Shown here: positions 38,221 through 52,200 of the stretch, one piece after another
Position numbering within the stretch: the first letter of the stretch is position 1
Layout: each line of letters opens with the position of its first letter
NCBI GenBank assembly: GCA_051294375.1
Contig: CM119266.1
Coordinates: 9,742,538 to 9,806,537, forward strand
Length of the DNA stretch: 64,000 bases
Direction of reading: 5' to 3'
From: Paraspadella gotoi
Taxonomy: Eukaryota > Animalia > Chaetognatha
The notes under the pieces: model-generated
Database searches by the model: none
Told to the model about the DNA's origin: nothing
The model's input: the letters and a program-made list of their open reading frames with translations, nothing else
Made by a program: the position numbers and the translations under genes

Positions 38221-39547
38221 AGGGAAGTCTGGCGTTAAGCGTCCGAGATAAAAATTAGCGAATAAAAAAGTTGTTATTTTACTCACTGAATAAAAATACT
38301 TAAAATACTTACAAAATACATAAAATTGATAAAATTATTATTGCGATAACATTGTTCAATCACATGCAATATATCTAGTGCCTTTTTTTTCATTGAAATC
38401 AATAGATATTAACTAAAAATATTAGAATTAATTTTTCTTTTTGATATAATAAGAGAACCGAACTTCCGTCGCTTGATGTCGTCAGGTTACTAGTAAATAA
38501 CTAAATATGCGTTTGAGAATTCCAAATCTGTTTTTAAAATTGACCTACGTAGACGCGCATAGACGCGATATGCCTTGAAAGCAAGTTGTTCCGTTATTTT
38601 TTTCTCTTTTTGGGGATTTCAAAATACCTTATCTCAGCCTTGGATGATAAAATTTACAAAAAGTTTTTATATTTAGAATCCTTGTCCTTACCTCTTTTTA
38701 TAATAATAAAAAAAATTGCAATTTGTTAAAGTATTAATAAATACCTTTTTTAAAGTAATATCTTCAAAATAATTTTCAATTTGAAAATAATGTTAAAAAT
38801 TCTCTAAAATAAGCTTAATTTAAAACTTATACAATGTAATTGTTATGCACTTAAAACAATAAAAAAATACTTACCGAGTAAGGAGAAATTTGGTAAGGTA
38901 GAAAAATCTCAAAATATGCAAATGAGATTATGGTTATTTTAATTTAAATTTTTGAGACCACCAACAGATAAAGTATGCTTTGGCTATTTTATGGTTAAAA
39001 AATCAATCCAATTCTTTCCATATTTTAGGTATAAATGACAATTGAATTTTGTTATAAAAATTTTGACCTGTGACAAAATTTTTTTTTCAATGATTGAAAC
39101 TCATATATGTTGTAGAGCTACAGAAGACCCATCTATAACTGTAATTTAAAAGCATAATATTCACTAATATAATAGTTATGACTGATTAAAAAAGTAATGA
39201 AACAAAACTTTCCCTCAAAGCTGGGATACAAATTTCAAAATAAATTAATTTAAAAAAAATTATTTTCATCAATATTTATGATACTGAAGATCAACATTGA
39301 GTAGTTATAGACAGAATATATCAAAATTTATTAGTCCCAATTATTACAAATGTAAATATAAGATTTAGCTGTGTCTACGAGGCATGGCAGAAAAAATTAT
39401 CACAATTTTTTTTTATGTCATAATGCTATCATAAAATAATTTTAATGCATCATGTGAGGTATCATATGAAAGCTAACGATGTTTGCTACATGACAGCACG
39501 TGAAAAAAAATTTTCTTAATAAAACTAAAAAATCACCAGACTACCCT
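38221..39547. mobile_element. Non-autonomous DNA transposon (1.33 kb) with short TIRs and target-site duplication
   Basis: Left end agggaagtctgg and right end ccagactaccct (11/12 inverted match) are flanked by identical actatatgt at 38212-38220 and 39548-39556. No ORF inside. Confidence 0.8.
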
Positions 39548-40159
39548 ACTATATGTTTAATTTATTTACAATTGAGAAGGTTGAGGTTTAAATAAGTTTA
39601 AAACTTATACCATTAAAATTTAAATTCATGTTTTCTCAAACAATTTTTAAAAAAAATAATTGTTACTTTACTCTGACGTAATTTTTGATCTCACTCTTTT
39701 TCTATTTCCTACTCTTTGATGTATGTCTATTTTCATTTTTACTATTTTGTTTTGTTTTTTTTGTCGCGCGTTTGAAGAATCAGCCGACTTTCAGCCGTTC
39801 ACCAAAAATGCGTATCATTTCCGAGTAATAAACACTCGTTTCTTGAATATAAACTTTTCATTCTAAGTAGAAATTAAATTAAGCAAAACAAATTTACGCT
39901 TTTTGCGAAGATTACGCTTTCGATTCTATTAATAGAATTATATTAATAGAATCGAAAACCTCAGAAAATATAGAACATAATATTATTTATTATTGTTATA
40001 CATTACACAATGTAAAGATTTTGCACTGTTTTCTCCCTCTCTCTCTCTCTCTTTTTCACCATTTCACTTCTTTTCACAACTTACTCTGTCTTTTCTCAAC
40101 TTCAGCCTGTCCTCACCAATTGACCACTGTCCTTTCTAAACTCTGTGTTGGAAACTTTG

Positions 40160-40201
<42 letters not shown>

Positions 40202-40251
40202 ATCTCTCTTTCTCTCTTCCTTTACACAAAATATTTTTCTAAATTCACATT

Positions 40252-40293
40252 AACGCTGATGAAGGCTTGAAATGAAGCCGAAACATGTCTGTT
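40252..40293 (+). ncRNA. Minimal type I hammerhead ribozyme of the Penelope-like-element kind
   Basis: aacg-CTGATGA-a-ggctt(gaaatg)aagcc-GAAAC-at-GTC-tgtt: intact core, perfect 5-bp stem II, palindromic ACATGT stem III and stem I aacg/tgtt. AATAAA follows within 15 nt. Confidence 0.8.
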
Positions 40294-41355
40294 TTGAATT
40301 AAATAAAATCGTTGTCAAAATTAAACTAAAACTGTCTCTAATCGTCCCAAACAACGAAAAGAAAGGATTTATATCAGAAAGAAAATTATAATAATATCAA
40401 CGAAGGAAAAAATAATAAAAATAATTATAATTTGGTAGAGAGAATGATTTGTTGACCGAATGACGTTCGGAATAGTTGGTGGAGATGACTATGTAAATTG
40501 GAACTCTGGCTGGAAGGGAAAAGATGAAATGAAAAGAGAAGGAGAAAACAGATAGAATGACAAGGAAAAGATATGGAAAGCAGAGTTAAATTAGGTAATT
40601 AGGTATGGAGAGAGAAGATGGAGAGAAGGAGAGAAAAGAAATAGAGAGGAGATAAGCTTTAAAATAGAGAAGAGAGGAGTTGAAATACAAAGCAAAATAA
40701 AAGAGAGAACAAAATAAAAGAAATTAAAGGAAAGCAACGAGAAATCGAGAGATTGAAAAGAGAACATATATATACGCAGCAAAGAAAAGAGATAGATAGA
40801 TTCAGAAAGGAGATAGAAAGAATACAAGCAATAAGGAAAAAAAAAAAGGCCCCGACGAAAGAAAAAAATCTCACGAGGCGTCACCCGATTCCACGCGAAT
40901 CCTCACGTCGCGACGTCATGCGTTTTTCGCGCCGATGCTCTTTTTTTTTACGGAGGGGGCGACAAGGGGCGGGGGGGTTGGCGGTGAAGAGGTTGGAGAG
41001 TTTGAGGCGGAGTGGCGGTGTGAACCAGGCGGTGATGGGTAAAAGATGGAGTTCATATTTGTGGAAGAGTGGATTAGGTACTAGGTACTAGGTACTAGGT
41101 ACTAGGTAGGTAGGTAATATTGCGATGAAAGATCGAGTCGCTTCAGCCGTTGACGGATTACGAATGACAAGATGGCGCCAACCAGGGTTTGTCATCAGAA
41201 AATCCGGAAGTGGCGACCTTGGATGGTACCGCGACGTCAAGGGTGCCAACCACGGCCGACCGTGTCAACAAGATTTGAAATTAAACCCGAGTACATTCAT
41301 CTTAAATCTTATCCGATTCACAAATTTGACTTCGAGATTCGAGATTCGAACTCAC

Positions 41356-41567
41356 CCGCGTGAGTGGAGACGTGGAGTTTGAAGACCCGCCTGAGTTCGC
41401 CGTGAGCGGAGGCGGCGGGCGGGAAGAGGCGGGCGAGGTGAGAGAGGGTAAGGTTCGTCCTCACCCCGCCGGAGACGCGCGACATAGAGTGGAGAAATTC
41501 CGAGTCGGGCGAAGACTCGGACCGGAAGCGGATGAGGCGCCAGCTGCCTTTGCGGGTAAGTTCGTAC
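41356..41567 (-). CDS. Ig receptor exon: strands C-F of the membrane-proximal Ig domain (W-YELTRKGSW...GGVRTNLTL...RVFKLHVSTHA-G)
   Basis: caaccag|...|gtgagt, 212 nt, phase 2 to 1. Confidence 0.78.
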
Positions 41568-42475
41568 CTGGTTGAGATAAGGGGGGTAGGTTATAAAAAA
41601 AGGATTCGTCTGAAAGGTGAGGTCTGATTGATTGGTGATTTGATTGACTAGTTTAGTAGTCAATTTGATCGAGCATCCTTGAGAATACGGACCCAATTTT
41701 CTTCATGGACTGCGTTGAGTGTCCAATTTTCAATGTCCAATTCTCTGTTCACCTTATAATTCAGCCAATGTTAAAACGCTTTCAAATAAAACAAAATAGC
41801 AATGCAGCACATTAGGGTGAAGTAAAAGTTTGAAATCAAAATTTAACAGTTATATCTTGAAAACTATCATATTAGTGAATACTAATCTGTAGTTATTTTT
41901 CTTTTTTTTACAAATATAGTAGCCCAGTCAACTTATTTTGTATATACTAATACCCTTATCTAATATCAAAATTTTAAAATGCTTTTTTTTAAATTCTGAG
42001 AACAGATTTAGATTCCTCGCAAAAAGTTGATAAAAGAAAATATAAACCTTTTTCGAAAATCATGTCATTAAGTATGTTAAAATTACAAAAAACTATATTT
42101 TTAAACTGGAAATTAAAAATCATCGTTATTTTACATTTTTTACCAACTTAATGAAAGATTTTTAAAAAAAAAATTATATTTTTTATATCAGCTTTTAAAA
42201 TCTTAAAATTAAAAAAATTGCATTTTGAAATTTTATCCTATATAAATTATATACTGGTGCCCACTAAAGTATAAAATTAAAAAGTTAATTTACCAAAGTA
42301 TTTTTATTGGTTTTTTTCTTTATGCTTTATATGCTAAATTTTAATTTTCTAAAATTTTATCATTTTCACATCACTCTACTGCGCATCTGTCACACTCAAC
42401 TACATCCGTCTTCATCGGTGAACCCTAATGACATTTGATTATCACAACCGGCGTCTGCGACTGAGTGACACTGAC

Positions 42476-42610
42476 CAGGTGACGTTCTCGGCCGGAACCG
42501 GCGGACTCGAAACGATGTCACAGGAGACGTTGAAGGATTCGATCACGGGTTCGATCACGTGAAACTCGGGACAGGAGAGGCGCGGGTGGAAGCTACTGAA
42601 TCACCAGAAC
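42476..42610 (-). CDS. Ig receptor exon (VLVIQ[Y]FHPRLSCPEF...FNVSCDIVSSPPVPAENVT-W); carries an apparent 1-nt insertion at about 42593
   Basis: Strong acceptor cttctcctccccgtttcctag| and donor |gtcagt. It has the Ig B-strand Cys, the SxPP motif and the C-strand Trp. Phase fits the neighbours only if one base is removed. Confidence 0.75.
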
Positions 42611-44835
42611 CTAGGAAACGGGGAGGAGAAGGTGTGGGGAAGGGGGTAGACGAGGCCGGTGGAGATAGAAAAAAAAAGGATAAATGCTTATCTGAAAATG
42701 GCTAAAATAAAAAAAAAAGGAAATTTAAATTCATGATATACATACATATGTATTAAATATACCTTAAAGACTTTTTTCGCCCATATATATTTACTTAGTA
42801 CGAACTTAAACCACGTAAATGATTATATAAATACAAATTAATCTATCTTAAATAAGAGTCATTATAAAATTGCGTAGTGTAATAGTTATTTTTTCAATAT
42901 TTTTGGTAACGAATATATAAGACATTTTTTTAAACGTATTTAAAAAAAACAACAAATCTCCATGATTTCAAAAACGCTGCGGGGGAAAATAAAAAGGGCG
43001 CAAGTGTGGGGCGAGGTGGTTGACTAGAGAAAAATTGGTTTTTATTCTAAAAACGGATTTTCCACATTTTCATTTTTTTTTTTGCTGCAAAAAAAAAAAA
43101 AAATCGTTTTAATCTTCGCAACTTCGCCTTCGAGACCAAAACACTCACAACCCGAATTATATAAAAAAAAGAACTTTTTATTCTCTTCTTCTTTTTTGAC
43201 TCTATATTTATTTATGTATTTAGTTTTTTGTCTGTGTTTGTGTTAAAAAAAACAAAAAAAAAAAAAAACTAAACCTCGATGCTTTATTCGTGTTTTTTTT
43301 TCTTCGCTTTTGTTGCTTCTTGTTTTGATTCGGTTATTTTTACGCCTTAAGATGAAAAAGATAGAGAATCGACTAGAAAGAGAGAAGGGGGAAAGGGGGA
43401 GGAAGGTAAAGGGAGAGGGAGAGTGGGGAAGGGGGGGAAGGGGAGAGGGGAGAAGGGGGGTTGAAGAGAAGGGATGGGGGGAAGCTGGGGTTGCGTCTGG
43501 TCGAAGATGCGACGAAGGAAAAATAAAGAGAGGAATTTTAAAGATGAAAGGAGATTTAAGGAGTTTAGAAAGGAGATGAGAGGAGGAGAGAGAGGAGAGT
43601 GGAGAGAGAGCGAGAAAGAGAGAGGATGGCCGAGACTCGTTAGGAGACCCGACGAGGTAGACGAGAGAGGGAGAGAGGCAGAGAGAGCAGAGAGGAGCTG
43701 GAGAACGAACGAGAGAAGAGACGATATGAGAGCAAGAGAGAGAGAGTCCCTTGCGACCCTGTTTTCTCCTAAAAGTCCCTTGTCTCAAAACGAAAGAAAC
43801 AGTCTGCAACGAAGTGCATACATAACTGTTCGGTCCAACGCCGCAGCTGCCGTCCGCAGCAGGAGTCGTAAGCGACGCCGCAATTGTGCGGAGATAACAG
43901 CGGAAAAAAAAGAGCATCTGTTTCTCGTCGTTGCCAAGAGACGGCGTATAGGGCGAATTGCGACGACGACGACGACAACAACAACGACAACAACGACGGA
44001 GACAAATATTTTCCTTTTTTTTATGCAGATTTGTATTAAATCTTTTTCCGCTTTTTTACAAATAAGAAAAGGAAACCCCCTAAAAGAAAATCCAAAAAAA
44101 CAACCAGCCTTTATTTTACGACTTTTACGATTTTCAGCGCAGGTGGTTCGGAACGGAGAAAAATCGTTCTTATCGGAGTATGAAGTATAAAAAAAGCTTT
44201 TCTTTTCTTTTTCTTTTCTGCTATTTTGTGGATAAATCGAAAGCGAAGGTTGTCCGCTTCGGTTTTGATTGGATTTTTTTTTGTTGGAAAAAGTCTTCGA
44301 TGGAGGAATAATATAAAGTTCAGTTTTTTTTTAAATTCGACCCGAAGATTGAGTTGTACTAACTTTTATATGTAAAGAATAACCGACGCCATTTTTTATA
44401 TTTCAAAATCTGTCATTTGTCTTCGTTGTCGCGAGATGTCAATATAAAAATCTGCCCGACACTTTTTTCTATGAAAAAAAGTCGAATATAGTATTTTCAT
44501 CCGCATCTCTATAGGACAAGTTCCGATCGATATTGTAATCGTATTGTATGGAATTGTACGAAACTTAGCCTCCATTTTTAGAAGTCAACGATAAAATCCC
44601 TTTCCCAAACATATATTATATCTTAAATTAAAAAAAAATATTAATATTAATTAAAAAAAAAATAAATAGAAAAAAGTAATTTATCAAATAATATTTAAAA
44701 TTTAAATATCCTTTAAACGTTAAGTGGTTAATTTTGTTAAAAAAAAAAATATCAATACAATATATAAAAATTTCCAACGCCCCCCCTCTCAGCCCCCACC
44801 TCTTCCCCTCTGCCCTTTCTCCCCCTCCCCTGCAC

Positions 44836-45113
44836 CTGCTTCCGCGCCAGCCGTCGCCGTCCCTGCGCCCGCAGCGTTACGTGAAAGTGAGGGCGCTGCG
44901 CCTCGAACTTGTCGCGCGGGACGGGGATCGTGACGCGGACGCCGCCGCGGATGCGTCGCGTCCAGATGACGCCGCGGAGGTCGAGGATGAAGGAGGAGGA
45001 GGGAGAGGGAGAAGGGGAGGGAGTGGGGGAGGAAGAGAAGGGGTCGTCGTCGTCGGCTTCGCCCGAGTGAGTGTTTTCGTCGTAGTTGTTTTTGTTGATG
45101 GAGGGTTTCTTGT
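44836..45113 (-). CDS. Ig receptor exon: acidic/Ser-Pro insert followed by strands D-F (TRRIRGGVRVTIPV...HFHVTLRAQG)
   Basis: tctccag|...|gtgcag, 278 nt, phase 1 to 0. Confidence 0.75.
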
Positions 45114-45163
45114 CTGGAGAATGAAATTTTGGAAAAAANNNNNNNNNNNNNNNNNNNNNNNNN

Positions 45164-48100
45164 CGTATCAAATGAATGATATCATGCATATCAATGAATG
45201 ACTATCATCGCATCAAATCATTTGATTATCATACACATCACGTCATTTTGTTATCAATCGCATCCAATTTATTGGTATATCTCGCGTTCCAAGTATTTTG
45301 CGTATCATCGTATCAATATTTGGCTTATCATCGCATCAATATTTGCCGTTACTTATCGAAAAGCGGCTCGATCATTTATGCTTTTAAGATTTTTTAACGT
45401 TAATTTTCATCCATAAGTATAAATTTAATCATATTGAATGTAAGTTTGTTTATATAAATGTAAAGAGCATTGATTAATTAAGTTAATAAAGTTAATAAAT
45501 TTAATAAAGTTTTTACTCATAATTATGAATTGAGTCTAGACACCGACAATATTTTTGGACAGACATACGGATCAAAAAAAAAAGTTTTAAGATTAAAAAA
45601 TATACTGGCAAGGGTTAAACAAGTACAAACACACTAGGCGATGAAGAAAAACAAAATCGATTTCAAGTCGTTGGACTAAATCAAATATATCAGATAATTA
45701 AAATTAAACTAAATTAAACTCGGACCAATGTTTCACGAAAAAGTCAACTAAGCTTTCGAGAAATATCATTCTCGATAGAGAAACTTTGTCCCGAACACGA
45801 TAAATTTCTCGTCTCTCTTTGCGTGGTCATTTTTGTTCTTTTCCTGCGCCACGATCTACCCTCTCACTCTGGACCCGAAAAGGCCCGCAAATGAAAAAAC
45901 TTTTCGCCATCAAATGTGGACGGGAATTTTTGAGCGTCTTCCTTTCGTCGCTTGGCTCATTTTTACGCGGGAAACCGAGACAACCGTCCATCCCACTCTC
46001 GGCGAATTTTCACACAACAGCGACCGGCTAACAACATGCACGAATAAAACTCCCGTCTTTTGGCGGACAGACAAATTTGTCGAGTACGGAAGTCGACTAC
46101 AACGGGAAACGCACAGCAGTTGGATTACGGTGAAGAGCTCCTCGCATATTATTCACTACTCATTCTTATTTACGACGGGGAATCGGGGCCCAAGATACCC
46201 CATGAACCTCAGCTTTGCCCTTCGTCATGACTCTTAGTTCCCGACGTGGATCTCGATCTTAAAAGGATTCGACCAAGTTTATTGACGCTTCTGATTTTGA
46301 TGATGGCTTTGATCAAAAGCCATCTCGGGCTTCCAGGACCGTCGATGCGGCGGTGGGACTTCGTCAAAAGGATCGCCTATGGCCGTTTGCGTGTTGTCCT
46401 GCCTTTTGAAAGGACCGCCGTCTTGTTCGCCCTCAATTGTGGTAAAGTGGGGAAGCTGGAAATGGCGTGCAAGGATTTGTTCGTTTTGGACCGACAATGG
46501 GACCGGACGCTTGAAGAAAACTACAGGCTCTAGTTCTTTACCGTGACTATTTTAAAGACCGCTAGCAACGATACCGTAAGCTCGATGGTTATAGCCAAAT
46601 AGGTATTCATTTACTCTTATAAGGAATTCACGTACGCGAAATCTTGAGAAGCCCGTCAGTTTAAACAAAAGGCCCACAGCTAACATGAATCGGAAACCAA
46701 AGAGATACAAATTATTCGGCAACTTGGTCAAGTTTTTTAGCGGTGGACATTGGCACAACATGGCAAGCGTTTTGTTCAACGCATTAGGACTTGATTTTTT
46801 TTTGATTTAACCTATGCTTCGATTTCTGGTTCCGGCGTTACGCGATTATTTCTTTCCAACAACTGGCCTCTTACATATTTTAGTCCATTTATCTGGATTC
46901 TTTTGGCCTTTGCTGTTTTTTACCAGCAGTGAAGCCCAAGCTGAGTATGGAAATCATAAAAACGATTAAGATTTTTTCTAGCATGAAAAAATTGTTTTGC
47001 CCAATTATTGACAAATAATATCCCTGATTAAAAGTAACCTGTTGTTACTTACTGTCTGGATTTAATACGAGGCCTTCGGAACGCATCCTTCGTTCCTGAA
47101 TTGTTCAAATTTCTTTATATCTTAATAAAAAAAGAAAAATAATTCTCTCCAAATAGTGACTATATGTAGGGAACGTCTGGCGTTACAGCGCGTCCGAGAT
47201 AAAAATTTAGCGAATAAAAAGTTGTTATTTTTACTCACTGGAATTAAAAAATACTTTAAAGAATACTTACAAAATACATTAAAATTGATTAAAATTATTA
47301 TTGCCCGATAACATTGTTCAATCACATGCAATATACTCTAGTGCCTTTTTTTTCTCATTGAAATCAATAGATATTAACTAAACAAATATTAGAATTTAAT
47401 TTTCTTTTTGACTTATAATAAGAGAAACCGAACTTTTCCGTCGCTTATGTCGTCATGTTACTAGTTAAATAACTAAAATATGCGTTTTGAGAATTCCAAA
47501 TCTGTTTTTTAAAATTGAACCTACCCCTAGAACGCGCATAGACGCGGATATGCCTTGAAAGCAAGGTTGTTCCGTTATTTTTTTCTCTTTTTGGGGATTT
47601 CAACAATACCCTGTATCTCAGCCTTGGGATAGATAGAAATTTACAAAAAGTCCTTTTTATAATTTTAGAAATCCTTGTCCCTTACCTCTTTTTCATATAA
47701 TAATAAAAAAATTGCAATTTGTTAAGCAGATTAATAAATAGCCTTTTTTAACGCTCATAAGTTATATCTTCAAAATAATTTTTCAATTTGAAACAATAAT
47801 GTTTTAAAAATTTCTAAAATAAGCTGAAATATTAAAACTTAGATCTATGCTAATATGCACTAAACAATAAAAAATACTTACCGAAGAAATATTTGGGTAA
47901 AGGTAGAAAATCCAAAATATTATGCAAAACTTGAGATTTATGGTATTTATTTAACTTTTTGAGACCACCAACAGATAACGCCATTTTATGGTTAAAAACA
48001 CAAATTCTTCCACTATTTTAGTATAAATGACAATTTGAATTTTCATAAATAATTTGACCTGTGACTAATAATTTTTTTCAATTGATTGAACTCAAATTGC

Positions 48101-49206
48101 TTGTAGAAGCTACAGAAGGACCATCTATAACTGTAATTTTAAAAGCATAATATTCACTAATATAAGTAGTTTTAATGACTGATTAAGAACGAAGTAATGA
48201 AACAAAACTTTCCCTCAAGCGTGGGATACAACAAAAATAAATTAATTTAAAAACATTATTTCATCAATATTTATGACTACCTGAAGATCAAATATAGAGT
48301 AGTTATAGACACGAATATATCAAAAATTATATCTAGTCCGAATTATTACAAATGTTAAATATAAGATTTAGCTGTCTGTCTACGAGGCATGCGCAGGAAA
48401 AAATTATCACAATTTTTTTCTATGTCATAATGCTATCATTAAATAATTTTTTAATGCATTCATGTAGGTATTCATATGAAAGCTAACGCATGTTTGCTAC
48501 AGTGACAGCACGGTTTGAAAAAAAATTTCCTTAATTATAAAACTTATAAAAAATCACCAGTGACTACCCTACGTATATGTTAATTTATTTTACCCAAATT
48601 GAGAAAGGTTTGAGGTTTTTAAAATAAGTTAAAACTCTATACCATTTAAAAATTTAAATCATGTTTTCTCAAACAATTTTAAAAAAAAATAATTGTACTT
48701 TACTTCTGCACGTAATTTTTGATCTCACTCTTTTTTCTATTTCCTACTCTTTGACTGTATGTCTATTTTCATTTTTACTATTTGTTTTTGTTTTTTTTGT
48801 ATCGCGCGTTTGAAGATCAGCCGACTTTCAGCCTTCACCAAAAATGCGTATCATTTCCGGAGTAATAAACACTCGTTTCTTGCAATATAAACTTTTCATT
48901 CTAAGTCAAAATAAATTAAAGCAAAACAAATACGCTTTTTGCGAAGATTACGCTTTCGACTTCTATTAATTAGAATTATATTAATCAGAATCGAAAACCT
49001 CAGAAAATAGTAGAACATATATTATTTATTATTGTTATACATTAGCACAATGCTAAAAAGATTTTTGCATGTTTTCTCCCCTCTCTCTCTCTCTCTTTTT
49101 CACCATTTTCACTTCTTTTCACAACTTTACTCTGTCTTTTCTAACTTCGCCTGTCCCTCACCAATTGACCACTGTCCTTTCTCAAACTCGTGTTGCGAAT
49201 ACTTTG

Positions 49207-49246
<40 letters not shown>

Positions 49247-52200
49247 ATTCTCTCTTTCTCTCTTTTCCTTTACACAGAAATATTTTTCTAAATTCACATT
49301 AACGCTGAACTGAAGGCCTTAAATAAGCCGAAAACATGTCTGTTTTGGAATTAAATAAAATCGTTGTCCAAAATTAAACTAAACTGTCTCTAATCGTCCC
49401 AACAACGAAAAGAAAGCGATTTATATCAGAAAGAAAATATAATAATATCAAGAAGGAAAAAAATAATAAAAATAATTATAATTTGCGTAGGAGAGAATGA
49501 TTTGTGAGAATGACGTTTCGGAATGTTGTGGAGATTGACTATGTAAATTGGAACTCTGGCTGGAAAGCAAAAGATTGAAAATGAAAGGGAAGGAGAAAAC
49601 AGATAGAATACAAGGAAAAGATATGAAAAGCAGAGTTATAATTAGGTAATTAGGTATGGAGAGAGAAGATGGATGATGAAGGAGAGAAAAAGAAAATACG
49701 AGAGGAGATAACGCTTAAAATAGAGAAGAGAGGAGTTGAAATACCAAGCCAAAATAAAGAGAGAACAAATAAAAGAAATTAAAGGGAAGGAAGCAACGAG
49801 AATCGGAGAGATTGAAAAAGAGAAACATATATATACGCAGCAAAGAAAAGAGATAGATAAGATTCAGAAAGGGACGATAGAAAAATACAAGGCAATTTAA
49901 GGGAAAAAAAAAAAGGCCCCGACGAAAGAAAAAAATTCTCACCGAGGCGCTCACCCGATTCCCACGCGAATCCTCACGTCCGCGACGTCATGCGTTTTTC
50001 GCGCCCATGCTCTTTTTTTTAGGAGGGGGGCGCGACAAGGCGGGCGGGGGGTTGGCGGTTGAAAGAGGTTGGAGGTTTGGGCGGACCGAGTAGTGGCCGG
50101 TGTGAACCGGCGGTCGATGGGTAAAAGATGGCCGGCAGAGTGGCCTATATTTGAAGAGTGGATAGTACTAGGGACTAGGTACAGGTACTAGGTAGGTAGG
50201 TAATATTGCGATGAAAGATCGAGTCGCTTCAGCCGGGATCGGGAACGAATGAACAAGTATGGCGCCAACCAGCGGCACGCAAAAATCGGAAGTGGCGACC
50301 TTGATGTACCGCGACCGCTCAAGGGTGTCCAACCACGGCCCGGACCGTCAACAAGATTTGAAATTAAACCCGAGACACACAAACTATCCGATTCACAAAT
50401 TTGACTCGAGTTACTGAGACGATCTTCACCCGCCGTGAGTGGAGGACGTGGAGTGGGAGACCGAGCCGAGCGGCCGGTGAGCGGAGCGGCGGGCGGGAAG
50501 AGCGGGCAGGTGAGAGAGGGTAAGTTCGTCCTCACCCGCCGGAGACGCGCCAAAATGGATAAATTCCGAGTCGGCGAGATCGGCCGGAAGCGGAAGCCCA
50601 CGCGCGTTAAGTTCGTACCTGGTTGAGGATAAGGGTAGGTTATAAAAAGGACGCTGAAAGGTGACGGGTCTGATTGATTGGTGATGATGAGCTAGTTATG
50701 TGGTAGTCCATTTGATGGTCGAGCATCCTTGAGAATACGGACCCAAATTTCCTTCATGGGACTGCCGCTTGAGTGTCCAATTTTCAATGTTCTAATTCTC
50801 TGTTCACCTTATAATTCTCAGCCTATAGTAAAACGCTTCAAATAAAACAAAATAGCTAAGCGTATTGCACATTAGGGCTGAGGTAAAAGTTTTGAAATCA
50901 AAATTACAGTAACTGAAACTATCATAAGTGATATTACTAATCTGTAGTTATTTTTCTTTTTTTACATATGAGTAGCCCAGTCAAACTCTATTTTGTATAT
51001 ACTAATACCCTTTCTAATATCCAAAATTTTAAAATGCCTTTTTTTAAATTCTGAGAACAGATTTAGATTCCTCGCCAAAAAGTTGATAAAAGAAAATCTA
51101 TAAACCCTTTTTCGAAATATCATGTCATTAAGTATGTTTAAATACCAAAAAACTTATATTTTTAACTGGAAATTAAAATCATCGTTATTTACATTCCTTT
51201 ATCCAACAAGAAAAAAAAAAAAAACATTTTTTATATCAGTCTTGTAAAACAATAAAATAAAATAATGTCGAATCCCCTATATAAATTTATTATTGCACAA
51301 GATAAAATTAATAAAGTTTAATTACCAAAGTATTTTTATTGGTTTTTTTCTTTATGCGTTTATATGCTAAATTTTAATTTTTCTAAAAATTTTATCATTT
51401 TCACATCCCACTCTACTGCGCATCTGGTCACACTCAAAACCTACATCCGTCTTTTCATCGTGTGAACCCCATTACATGACATTTGATTATGCACAACCGG
51501 CGGTCTGCGACTGAGTGACACTGACCAGGTGACGTTCTCGGCCGGAACCGCGCGGACTCGAAACGATGTCACAGGAGACGTTGAAGGATTCGATCACCGG
51601 GTTCGATCAGCGTGAAACTCGGACAGTAGAGGCGCACCGGGTGATGAGAGTACATGATCACCAGAACCTAGAAAACGGCCGGCAGGGGGTGGGGAGGAAG
51701 GGCGGTGTAGAGGGCGTGTCTGGAGTAGAAAAAAAAAAGGATAAATGGCTTATTCTGAAAATGGCTAAAAGTAAAAAATAAGGAAATTTAAATTCATGAT
51801 ATTACCACTACATATCGTAATTTAAATATACCTTAAAGACTTTTTTCGCCCATATTTATATTTTTACTTAGTACGAACTGTAAAACCACGTATAATGATA
51901 TTATAAATACAAATTCAATCTATCTTAAATAAGAGGTTCATTTATTAAAATGCGTAGTGTAATAGTTATTTTTTCCAATATTTTTGGTAACGAATATATA
52001 AGACATTTTTTTTTAAACGTATTTAAAAAAAACAACAAAATCTCCCATGATTTCAAAAAACGGCCTGCGCGAGGGAAAATAAAAAGCGAGCGCAAGATTG
52101 GGCGAGGTCGGCTTGCTTGCACTAGTAGAAAAATGGTTTTATTCGATAACAACGGATATTTCCACATTTTTCATTTTTTTTTGCTGCAAACAAAAAAAAA

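Noticed and set aside
41465-41470. Donor-like ggg|gtgagg splitting exon 41356-41567
   Set aside because: Read-through gives GGVRTNLTL, which matches GGVRVTIPV in the sister domain and restores the correct phase.
42400-42420. ccgatgaag on the minus strand (and ccgatgag near 60141) as hammerhead cores
   Set aside because: No stem II/GAAA geometry or stem I.
41810-42430. cattagggt...accctaatg as transposon TIRs
   Set aside because: Only about 9 bp match, with no clear TSD.
44143-44177. + strand mini-exon reading GSERRKIVLIG, resembling the start of a small-GTPase P-loop
   Set aside because: No continuing GKS/T exon was found; too short to support.
45728-46968. Frameshifted 7TM 'pseudogene' paralogue
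   Set aside because: It lies within the noisy duplicate, and its error pattern fits sequencing noise rather than evolutionary decay.
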